Shown: positions 17,649 through 25,321 of the stretch, one piece after another | Numbering within the stretch: the stretch's first letter is position 1 | Layout: every line of letters begins with the position of its first letter | Assembly (NCBI GenBank): GCA_036493755.1 | Contig: DASXPG010000106.1 | Coordinates: 11,241-75,240, forward strand | Direction of reading: 5' to 3' | DNA length: 64,000 bases | Source: Gemmatimonadales bacterium | GTDB lineage: Bacteria; Gemmatimonadota; Gemmatimonadetes; Gemmatimonadales; JACORV01 | Position numbers and translations under genes: made by a program | The notes under the pieces: generated by a model | Database searches by the model: none | What the model was told of the DNA's origin: nothing | Seen by the model: the letters and a program-made list of their open reading frames with translations, nothing else

Positions 17649-19505
17649 TCAGATGAGCCCCGTGGGACCGACTTCGGCGGCGGGCGAGACGCCCCCGCGC
17701 AGTTTCTCGAGGATCGTCGCGGTGTTGATCAAGGCCGCATGGGACAGTCCCTGCGGAAAGTTGCCCATCTGCGCTCCCGTCAGCGGGTCGATTTCCTCGG
17801 CGAGCAGCCCCATCGCATTGGAGCGGCGCAGCAGATTCTTGAAGAGCCGCTCGGCTTCCGCGAGCTCGCCGATCATCGCGAGGTTCTGGATCACCCAGAA
17901 ACTGCAGAAGATGAACGCCCCTTCGTCGCCGGTGAGGCCATCCTCGGAACGATAACGGTAGATCAGCTCCTCGACCGGCGTGGCCAGCTCCTTGCGCACG
18001 GCGTCGAGCGTCCCGCGCACCCGCGGGTCGCCGTGGGGAAGGAAACGGACCTTGGGAACGACCAGCAGCGCCGCGTCGAGCGCCGGATGATCGTACGACT
18101 GGATGAAGGTGTTGCGCGCGGTATCGAAACCTCTCTCGAGGATTTCGGCACGCAGCTTCTCGGCTTCCCGCCGCCAGGCGCCGGTGTCGCCCGGGAGCGA
18201 GTGGCGCTCGGCGAGCGCGGCGCCGTGGTCGAGGGTGACCCACGCCATGATCTTGCTGAAGACGTGATGCCGCGGCGCGACGCGCGGCTCCCAGATCGAG
18301 AAATCGGGCTCGCTCCAGTGCCGGCTGGTCCAATCGATCAGCCCATGCAGGGAAATCCAGGTGCCTTCGCTGACCGTGCGGCTCGTGCCCCACTCGGCGA
18401 CGGTCGCGAGCAGCTCGCCGTAGACGTCCATCTGGAATTGATCGACGGCCCCGTTGCCGATGCGCACCGGGCCCAGACCCCGCCAGCCGCGAAGGTGCTC
18501 GAGGATCTTCTCCTCCGGCGGACGACGCGCGTCGGTGGCGTACATGATCTGGATGTAACGTCCATCCTCGCGGCGGCAGACCCGCTTGAGAAAACCCATG
18601 AACGCTTCGGTCTCCTCGGTATAGCCGAGTCCTTCGAAGGCCTGGAGCACGAAAGCGGCGTCCCGCAGCCAGACGTAGCGGTAGTCCCAGGTGCGGCCAC
18701 CCTGGGTCGATTCGGGAAGCGAGGTCGTCGGCGCGGCGACGATCGCGCCGGTCGGCTCGCAGCAGAGCAGCTTGAGGGCCAGCACGCTGCGCTCGACCTC
18801 GGCACGATAGGGTCCGTTGTACTGCATCTTCGCCGACCAGGCGTCCCAGTAGCGCACGGTATCGTCCAGCGTCGCGTCGCAATCGTGCGACGCAAGCGGA
18901 CGTACTTCGTCGTCGTCGAAGGTCATCACGAACCAGGCCTGCGCGCCCTCTTCGAGGGTCAGCGTGCCGCTCGCGCCGGATTCACTCAGCGACCAATCGA
19001 TGCCGTCCGATGCGCAGAGGGTGACGACGTCGTCGAAACGGTCCGAGGCCATGAACCCGGCACGACGACCGGTGACGCGCGTGGGCGTCGCGGCGTATTC
19101 GAGTCGTGGCTCCCAGATGACCTGCGCCGGAACCGATCCGCGGACCGCGCGCAGCCGGCGCATGATCCGTCCGAAGCGGCCGCGTCGCGGCCCGACCGGC
19201 ATGAAATCGAGCAGCTCGAGGGCACCGACGCCTTCCTGCGGACGAAACGTGGTGGAAAGCACGTTGGTGCCGGGGAGGTAGCGTTGCTCGGAGATCGACG
19301 CGACACTCGGCCCGATCAACCAGCGCCCGCCGCGCTCTTCGTCGAGCAATGCGGCGAAGGTGGTGGGGGAATCAAAACGCGGCAGACAACAGAAATCGAT
19401 GGTGCCGTCGCACGCGACCAGCGCCGCCGTGTTGAGATCACCAATGACGCCGTGCTCGTGAATCGCGCGATAGCTCACGGCGTACCGCGGCCAGCGGGAC
19501 CGCAC
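17649..19505 (-). CDS. Glycoside hydrolase family 15 (glucoamylase-like; probable trehalase given context)
   Basis: HGVIGDLNTAALVACDGTIDFCCLPRFDSPTTFAALLD, WDYRYVWLRDAAF and FWVIQNL are GH15 hallmarks. It lies downstream of otsA-otsB on the same strand. Confidence 0.9.
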   Translation of the reverse strand: MRSRWPRYAVSYRAIHEHGVIGDLNTAALVACDGTIDFCCLPRFDSPTTFAALLDEERGGRWLIGPSVASISEQRYLPGTNVLSTTFRPQEGVGALELLDFMPVGPRRGRFGRIMRRLRAVRGSVPAQVIWEPRLEYAATPTRVTGRRAGFMASDRFDDVVTLCASDGIDWSLSESGASGTLTLEEGAQAWFVMTFDDDEVRPLASHDCDATLDDTVRYWDAWSAKMQYNGPYRAEVERSVLALKLLCCEPTGAIVAAPTTSLPESTQGGRTWDYRYVWLRDAAFVLQAFEGLGYTEETEAFMGFLKRVCRREDGRYIQIMYATDARRPPEEKILEHLRGWRGLGPVRIGNGAVDQFQMDVYGELLATVAEWGTSRTVSEGTWISLHGLIDWTSRHWSEPDFSIWEPRVAPRHHVFSKIMAWVTLDHGAALAERHSLPGDTGAWRREAEKLRAEILERGFDTARNTFIQSYDHPALDAALLVVPKVRFLPHGDPRVRGTLDAVRKELATPVEELIYRYRSEDGLTGDEGAFIFCSFWVIQNLAMIGELAEAERLFKNLLRRSNAMGLLAEEIDPLTGAQMGNFPQGLSHAALINTATILEKLRGGVSPAAEVGPTGLI

Positions 19506-19560
19506 CTCGTTACGTCCATGTCCTTGTCTACCCAGATGAACGGCGGGAGAGCCCGGGGCC

Positions 19561-20307
19561 TCACCGGCGCTGCTCGCGGCCGGCGCCGGCCAGCCAGCGC
19601 CGCACCGCCGTGACGTCGGGCAGCCGCCACCGTGCTGCGCTCGCGCCCGCGCCGACCCTGATCGTATGGCCGCCCAGCTCGTTCACCACCGCGAAGGCGT
19701 CTTCGTCGGTGCGGTCGTCACCGAGATACACGGGAAGCCGGCCGCGAAATGGCGATTCCCGCAGGAAGGCCCGTACCGCCGATCCCTTGTTGGCGCCCGC
19801 GGGCCGAAGCTCCGCCACGCGGTGACCGCGCTGCAGCCGATGGCTGTGGCCCAGCCGCGCGAGCTCGGCCCGGAGCAGGCGGTGCACGTAACCCGCAAGC
19901 CGTGGCACGCGGCGATAGTGCAGCGCGAGCGATTGACCCTTGTCCTCGAGCAGCAGGCGGGGATGGTTCTCGACGCGGGTCCGCAGACGTCCCCGGGCAT
20001 CATCGAGGAGTGCAGCGTCCGATGCGCACACCGTGTTGCCACCGGGCGCCAGGCGTCGCTCGGCGCCATGCTGGCCCGCCATCGGCAGGCGCAGCGCCGG
20101 GAAGAGGCGGTCGAGGTCGGCAAGCGAACGGCCGCTCACCAGCGCGACCGCGCCGCCGGTCGCGCGCATCAGTACGTCGAGCACGTGGAGCAATGCCCGG
20201 TCGGCCTTCACGCCATGCGGCACGGGTTTCAGCCGCAGCAGCGTGCCATCGACATCGATCATGTACGCCCAGGCCGGGCTCGCCGCGGGAGGCTGACCTC
20301 GTGTCAC
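19561..20307 (-). CDS. otsB: Trehalose-6-phosphate phosphatase
   Basis: HAD motifs IDVDGTL, VSGRS, KG and GDDRTDEDAF. Start assigned to GTG 20307, which overlaps the otsA TGA (GTGA). Confidence 0.85.
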   Translation of the reverse strand: MTRGQPPAASPAWAYMIDVDGTLLRLKPVPHGVKADRALLHVLDVLMRATGGAVALVSGRSLADLDRLFPALRLPMAGQHGAERRLAPGGNTVCASDAALLDDARGRLRTRVENHPRLLLEDKGQSLALHYRRVPRLAGYVHRLLRAELARLGHSHRLQRGHRVAELRPAGANKGSAVRAFLRESPFRGRLPVYLGDDRTDEDAFAVVNELGGHTIRVGAGASAARWRLPDVTAVRRWLAGAGREQRR

Positions 20308-22565
20308 GCGCGGCCGCCGCTGCGCGCCGCGCCGGAGCCCGACAGCCGCTCGGATACGACGCTGCGACCGAACAGGCGTCGGCGGCTTCGCATCTCCGCG
20401 GCATCGATGAGCATGCGTCCCGCCCAGCGGTAGACGTTGAATTCCTGGATCAGCGCCCGCATCAGGCGCATGCGGGCCCGCTGTTCGCCCTCCGGCATGG
20501 TCAGGGCCATGTACAGGCCGGTCGCGCACTGGTCGGTATCGTACGGGTTGACGATGATCGCCTCCGGAAGCTCCCGCGCCGCGCCGGTGAACTGGCTGAG
20601 CACCAGCACGCCGCGTTCGTCGTCCCGGGCGGCCACGAACTCCTTCGCCACCAGGTTCATGCCGTCGTGCAGACTACTGACGAAGCACAGGTCCGCTGCC
20701 CGGTAGTACTCGTACACATTTTCCGGCTCGTGGTGGGCGGCGGTGAACATGATCGGAGGATGTGCGGCCGAGGCGAATCGCCCGTTGATCCGCTCCACCA
20801 GCGCACGCACCCGGGCTTCGTAGTGTTGGTACTCCTCGATCCGGCTGCGGGTCGGTGCGCCAATCTGAATGAAAGTGAAACGGCCGACCAGCTCGGGATG
20901 AAGCTCCAGCAGCCGCTCGACCGCGCGCAGCCGTTCCTCGATTCCCTTGGTATAGTCGAGACGATCGATGCCGGCGCCGATCGCATGAGTCGACGGCAAT
21001 CCATGACGGGCCCGCACCCGCAGGCGGCAGGCCTCCACGGGCTCGGCGATCAGCGCCGGCGGAAGCGGCCAGCCGATGGAAATCGGGTAGCGCTTGACCG
21101 CGGTCGGCGATCCTCGGTACGAGACGGTGAACGTCTCCCGGTCCACCCGCGCCTCCAGCGACCGATCGACCGTGTCCACGAAGTTGTTGCGGTGGAATTG
21201 GGTATGAAACCCGAGGATGCTGCTGCCCAGCAGGCCATCGAGCAGCTCCTCGCGCCAAGGGCAGATACCGAAGGCCTCGGGGTTTGGCCAGGGAATGTGC
21301 CAGAAGGTCACGATGGTGGCGTCGGGCAGCGCCTCGCGGATCATTCGGGGCGCCAGCGCCAGATGATAGTCCTGGACCAGGACGATGGGGTCGGACGAGG
21401 AGCTCTCCTCCACTACCGCGTCCGCAAAGCGCTGGTTGACGCGGCGATACTGCTCCCAGTCGGCGCCGCGAAAAATCGGTCGCACATGGGCGATGTGGCA
21501 CAGCGGCCAGAGCCCCTCGTTCGCAAAACCGAAGTAGTAGCCCGACTCCTCCTCGCTGGTCAGCCAGATCCGCCGAATGCGATAGGCCGGCTGCTCCGGC
21601 GGAATTCCGACCCGGTCGTTCGCGTCGACGACCTCACGGTCGGCGGACCCGCTGCCGTGGGCGATCCAGGTTCCCGAGCAGGCGCGCATGATCGGTTCCA
21701 GCGCCGTCACCAGGCCGCTGGCGGGACGCTGGATCACGATCTCGGTGCCGCGTCGGACGTGGATGTAGGGCTCGCGATTCGACAGTACGATGATTTCCTG
21801 GCCACGCAGCTCACGATGCAGCAGGTCCCGCAGCGTGTCCGGGCCCCACGTGATGTAGTCGTGGTGTCGCTCGCGATGCTCCGCGTCGAGGTCGCGAATC
21901 AGCGCCCGCAGATCGTCGGCGATGGGACGGAACTCGGGCAGCTCCGGTGCCGCGACCGGCCGCAGTAATCCTTCTCCTCGCAGCAGCGCGCGCACCCCCT
22001 GCTCCCAGCCACGCCAGCTCAGCTGCGCGATGACGACGGTGATGAGCGAGACCGTGACCGCGAGCCCGACAAAGAAATAAAACAGGTATCGCCGGGTGTC
22101 CCGGCTCCGCCGGACCACGAAGCTCATGTCGTGGACCAGCACCAGCCGGCCGGCCGGCGCGCTATCGGTCGCCAGGGGTTTTACCGATACCAGCAGCGGG
22201 CCGTCGGGGCTTGCGAGCACGTGACCATCGGGGCCGGGATAGCGATCCAGCGAATCACACGCCAGCGCCGCGGGCATGGTGGCGGTCGCGACCGGCGCGG
22301 CCGCGGGCGAGGAGCAGTACCCCACGGCGTACAACCGTTCGTCCTGGATGAGCCGCGCGAAGTACTGCAGCATGCGGCCGCGATTGGCGCCGCGGGTCAG
22401 GTCTTGAAGCGGTTCCTCCGCCGAAACGGCGATGAGGTTTGCCCGGATATCGAGGTCGCGGGTGAACCATTGAACGGTCAGGCGATTGACCAGGGGCTGC
22501 ACCGCATATGCCAGTGCGCCAAGCGCCAGGAGCAACGGAATGATGAATCGCAGTGATAGCCGCAT
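20304..22565 (-). CDS. otsA: Trehalose-6-phosphate synthase (GT20) with ~260-aa N-terminal two-TM sensor-like extension
   Basis: The C-terminal ~480 aa is GT20 ([33 protein letters not shown]). The N-terminus has TM1 ([16 protein letters not shown]), a ~135-aa loop and TM2 ([21 protein letters not shown]). Confidence 0.9.
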   Translation of the reverse strand: MRLSLRFIIPLLLALGALAYAVQPLVNRLTVQWFTRDLDIRANLIAVSAEEPLQDLTRGANRGRMLQYFARLIQDERLYAVGYCSSPAAAPVATATMPAALACDSLDRYPGPDGHVLASPDGPLLVSVKPLATDSAPAGRLVLVHDMSFVVRRSRDTRRYLFYFFVGLAVTVSLITVVIAQLSWRGWEQGVRALLRGEGLLRPVAAPELPEFRPIADDLRALIRDLDAEHRERHHDYITWGPDTLRDLLHRELRGQEIIVLSNREPYIHVRRGTEIVIQRPASGLVTALEPIMRACSGTWIAHGSGSADREVVDANDRVGIPPEQPAYRIRRIWLTSEEESGYYFGFANEGLWPLCHIAHVRPIFRGADWEQYRRVNQRFADAVVEESSSSDPIVLVQDYHLALAPRMIREALPDATIVTFWHIPWPNPEAFGICPWREELLDGLLGSSILGFHTQFHRNNFVDTVDRSLEARVDRETFTVSYRGSPTAVKRYPISIGWPLPPALIAEPVEACRLRVRARHGLPSTHAIGAGIDRLDYTKGIEERLRAVERLLELHPELVGRFTFIQIGAPTRSRIEEYQHYEARVRALVERINGRFASAAHPPIMFTAAHHEPENVYEYYRAADLCFVSSLHDGMNLVAKEFVAARDDERGVLVLSQFTGAARELPEAIIVNPYDTDQCATGLYMALTMPEGEQRARMRLMRALIQEFNVYRWAGRMLIDAAEMRSRRRLFGRSVVSERLSGSGAARSGGRA

Positions 22566-22677
22566 CCAGCCTCAAGAGTATCGCGGACGAGGGTGCACAT
22601 GTTGCCGGGACCGATATACGTTGATGAATGGGCAATACACTGCATGACGAGTTCCGTGCCGTGACGGTCGTGCGCGA

Positions 22678-23073
22678 ATGAGCCAGCCCGATCTTCCCGA
22701 TGACGTCCGGCGGCTGATCCAGACCAGCATCCCGACGCTCGAGGCCCTGGAGATCGTGCTGCTGCTCGCCCGCGATCCCGGCCGGGAGTGGCACGCGCAG
22801 GCGATTCCGCAACTGCTGGTCCCGACGCCGGTCAGCGAAGCGGCGGTGTCCCAGTACCTCGCCGTTCTGGCGGAACAGGGCATCGTCTCCGTCCGTGACG
22901 ATCAGCGGTTCGTGTATGAGCCGCGCACTCCGGAAATCACCCGTGCCATCGAGGGCCTGATCGTCGCCTACCACCAGCGCCCCGTAACCCTCATCCGCAC
23001 GGTCTACGCCAGCGCCGAGATGCGAACCATCCAATCGTTCGCCAGCGCCTTCCGGCTCAGGAGGGACGTCTAG
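22678..23073 (+). CDS. Hypothetical protein, possible winged-helix (MarR-like) fold
   Basis: 131 aa. The segment LEALEIVLLLARDPGREWHAQAIPQLL...VSQYLAVLAEQGIVSV resembles a wHTH. Its stop overlaps the next start (TAGTG). Confidence 0.6.
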   Translation: MSQPDLPDDVRRLIQTSIPTLEALEIVLLLARDPGREWHAQAIPQLLVPTPVSEAAVSQYLAVLAEQGIVSVRDDQRFVYEPRTPEITRAIEGLIVAYHQRPVTLIRTVYASAEMRTIQSFASAFRLRRDV

Positions 23074-23342
23074 TGGAAACGGTGAAGGTTGCCCTCTACG
23101 TCCTGGCGACGATCACCTGCCTCGCCTGCACGGCGCTGCTGATCCGCCAGTACCTCGACACCCGGGCGCGCCTGTTGCTCTGGAGCGCGCTCTGCTTCGT
23201 GGGATTGTCGCTGAACAACCTGCTGCTCGTCGCCGATCTGGTGGTGTTTCCGGCGGTGGACCTGCGGCTCTACCGGCACCTGGCGTCGCTGGCGGGCATG
23301 CTCTGTCTCCTCTACGGTTTCATCTGGGAGGCCGAGCGATGA
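23073..23342 (+). CDS. Small 3-TM membrane protein (89 aa), paralog of the next gene
   Basis: Three hydrophobic segments. Shares the pattern R-x4-R-x2-L...F-x2-L-x-L-N-x2-L with the 23339 product. Possibly the small paired membrane-protein family annotated as a DUF; needs an HMM search. Confidence 0.6.
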   Translation: METVKVALYVLATITCLACTALLIRQYLDTRARLLLWSALCFVGLSLNNLLLVADLVVFPAVDLRLYRHLASLAGMLCLLYGFIWEAER

Positions 23343-23617
23343 GGCTCTGGTTCATCGATTTTCTGGGTGGCGCCGTGACCGTGACGTACCTCGTCGCCGG
23401 GCTCTTCTTCCTGCGTTTCTGGCGCCGCTCGCGGGATTCCCTCTTCCTCGGCTTCGGCTGCGCCTTTCTCCTCATGACGTTGAACCAGGTCCTTGCCTCC
23501 TGGCTCGGCTCGGACAACGAGCGTACCGGCTACACCTACGTCCTGCGGATCCTCGGTTTTCTGTGGATCCTCTACGCCATCGTTCGCAAGAACGTGGGGG
23601 CGCGGCCGCGGGCCTGA
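23339..23617 (+). CDS. Small 3-TM membrane protein (92 aa), paralog of the previous gene
   Basis: Three hydrophobic segments. ATGA overlap with the previous gene. Confidence 0.6.
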   Translation: MRLWFIDFLGGAVTVTYLVAGLFFLRFWRRSRDSLFLGFGCAFLLMTLNQVLASWLGSDNERTGYTYVLRILGFLWILYAIVRKNVGARPRA

Positions 23618-23632
23618 TTCATCCGCGGGCGC

Positions 23633-25321
23633 TCACCACGGGGCGACGTCGAGCATCACCCGTTCCAGCGCCGCCGCCGTGGTCAGCAGGATCAGCTTGT
23701 CGCCCGCCTGCATCCGCACGTCGGGCCGCGGCGCTATCATCCGTTCATCCCGCATTATCGCCAGGATCTCGATCTCGTCGTCGATCTTGCCGCGCTCCGG
23801 ACCGAAGCCACGCCCGACCCAGGCGCTCGTTTCGCGCAACGACCCGACCAGCAACTGCCGATCGTTGGACAACTCGGTCGGGACCCCGGCGCGCAGCCGT
23901 TCGAGCAACGCTTCCCCGGCGGGCTCGAGCGGCCGGACCTGGCGCTGCTGCTCGAGAATGCGCAGCGCGATCTCGAGATGCTCGGTGTGGTGCGCGGGAG
24001 AATCAGCCCGCCGCGGCACCTGCTCCTGGTAGAGGCTCTTGTAACGCAGATGCTGCGAGAGGCGGACCTGCACGATGTAGCTGATCGTCACCGCCAGCGC
24101 GGCGGCGACCAGGAGGGTATACCCCCCGGTCATTTCCGTGACCATCATCAGCGTGGCCATCGGGACCCGCGCGGCACCGGCGAATACCGCGGCCATGCCC
24201 ACGATCGCAAAGGGCGCTGCCGTCTTGTGGATCACCTGGGCGAAAAACGCCCCGAGCATGGTGCCGATGTACAGACTGGGAGCGAACACGCCCCCGGAGC
24301 CCCCCGAAGAAATCGTCAGGCTCATCGCGATGGTCTTGGCGAATACCAGCAACAACAGCGTCAGCGTGAGAAGCTGCCCGTCGATGGCGCGCTGCATCCA
24401 GCCGTATCCACCGCCGATCACCGGCGGCAGTGCCAGCGCGATGACACCGGTCAGCAGGGCACCGATCGCCGGCTTGACGGCCGGCGGAATCCGGAGCTTG
24501 TGGAAGAGATCGCGGGTGTAGTAGAAGGCCAGCGGCAGCAGCACCGCGACCAGTCCGGAGGCCAGGCCGAGGGCCGTGAACCAGACGTAGTCGATGCTCT
24601 CGGGATTGTTGATCGCCGGAATGACGAACAGCGGCCGGAAGCCGGTGAAGACGCCGTTGACAGCATAGGCGACCACCGAAGCCAGCATGGTGTACAGCAG
24701 CGCGCCGCTCTCGAACTCCATGTCGGCGTAGAGAACCTCGATCGAAAACAGCGCCGTCCCGATGGGCGAGCGGAAAATCGCCGCGAGGCCGGCCGACATG
24801 CCGATGAGCAGCAGCAGCCGCCGATCCTCTGGACTGCGGTGCGTGATGCCCGCGTACCACGAGCCGATACCGGCGGCAACCAGCGCCGTCGGACCCTCGC
24901 GGCCCGCCGAGCCACCGGAGCCGATGGTGAGTCCCGACGCCAGCATCTTGAGCGGCGGCACGCGCGCCCGCAGCGCGCCGTCCGCCCGGTGGAAGGCCCG
25001 CACCGCCGTATCGGTACCGTGGCCCTCCGCCTCGGGCGCCAGCCAGGTGATGAGGAGACCGCAGAAGAGGCCACCGACCGCGGCGACCACCGGCACGAGC
25101 CACAGCCCGAACCGGCCGATGACCTCCTGCGGCGAGCCTCCCTCGTTGACGAGGCCCGGCGGCTGGTAGCCCGCCAGCCTGCCCAGGAAAAGCGACTGAG
25201 CCACATTCAGAACCAGCGTGAAGAGCTGGGCCGACGCCGCGCCGCCGATACCGAGGAGGAGGGAATCCAGCAGCAGGCGCCGCTGCCGCCGGGCCACCGA
25301 TTCAACGGGGGCCGCGGTCAC
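23633..25321 (-). CDS. ClC-family chloride channel/antiporter with C-terminal TrkA-C (RCK_C)-like domain
   Basis: GREGPTALVAAGIGSW, GGSGGVFAPSLYIG and GYTLLV selectivity-filter-like motifs. The C-terminal tail reads ILAIMRDERMIAPRPDVRMQAGDKLILL. Its GTG start overlaps the ligD stop. Confidence 0.9.
   Translation of the reverse strand: MTAAPVESVARRQRRLLLDSLLLGIGGAASAQLFTLVLNVAQSLFLGRLAGYQPPGLVNEGGSPQEVIGRFGLWLVPVVAAVGGLFCGLLITWLAPEAEGHGTDTAVRAFHRADGALRARVPPLKMLASGLTIGSGGSAGREGPTALVAAGIGSWYAGITHRSPEDRRLLLLIGMSAGLAAIFRSPIGTALFSIEVLYADMEFESGALLYTMLASVVAYAVNGVFTGFRPLFVIPAINNPESIDYVWFTALGLASGLVAVLLPLAFYYTRDLFHKLRIPPAVKPAIGALLTGVIALALPPVIGGGYGWMQRAIDGQLLTLTLLLLVFAKTIAMSLTISSGGSGGVFAPSLYIGTMLGAFFAQVIHKTAAPFAIVGMAAVFAGAARVPMATLMMVTEMTGGYTLLVAAALAVTISYIVQVRLSQHLRYKSLYQEQVPRRADSPAHHTEHLEIALRILEQQRQVRPLEPAGEALLERLRAGVPTELSNDRQLLVGSLRETSAWVGRGFGPERGKIDDEIEILAIMRDERMIAPRPDVRMQAGDKLILLTTAAALERVMLDVAPW

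Noticed and set aside
16990-18882. 630-aa ORF spanning the hydrolase and most of the GH15 gene
   Set aside because: Only the last ~205-220 codons look like a real protein (alpha/beta hydrolase). The upstream part is an off-frame read of the GH15 gene, whose own frame (17649-19505) is convincing.
17739-21968. Very long antisense ORFs 17739-19613 (624 aa) and 19749-21968 (739 aa)
   Set aside because: They lie opposite well-supported GH15, otsB and otsA genes, have Arg/Gly/Pro/Ala-dominated products, and show no motifs. Absence of stops in antisense frames is expected at this GC content.
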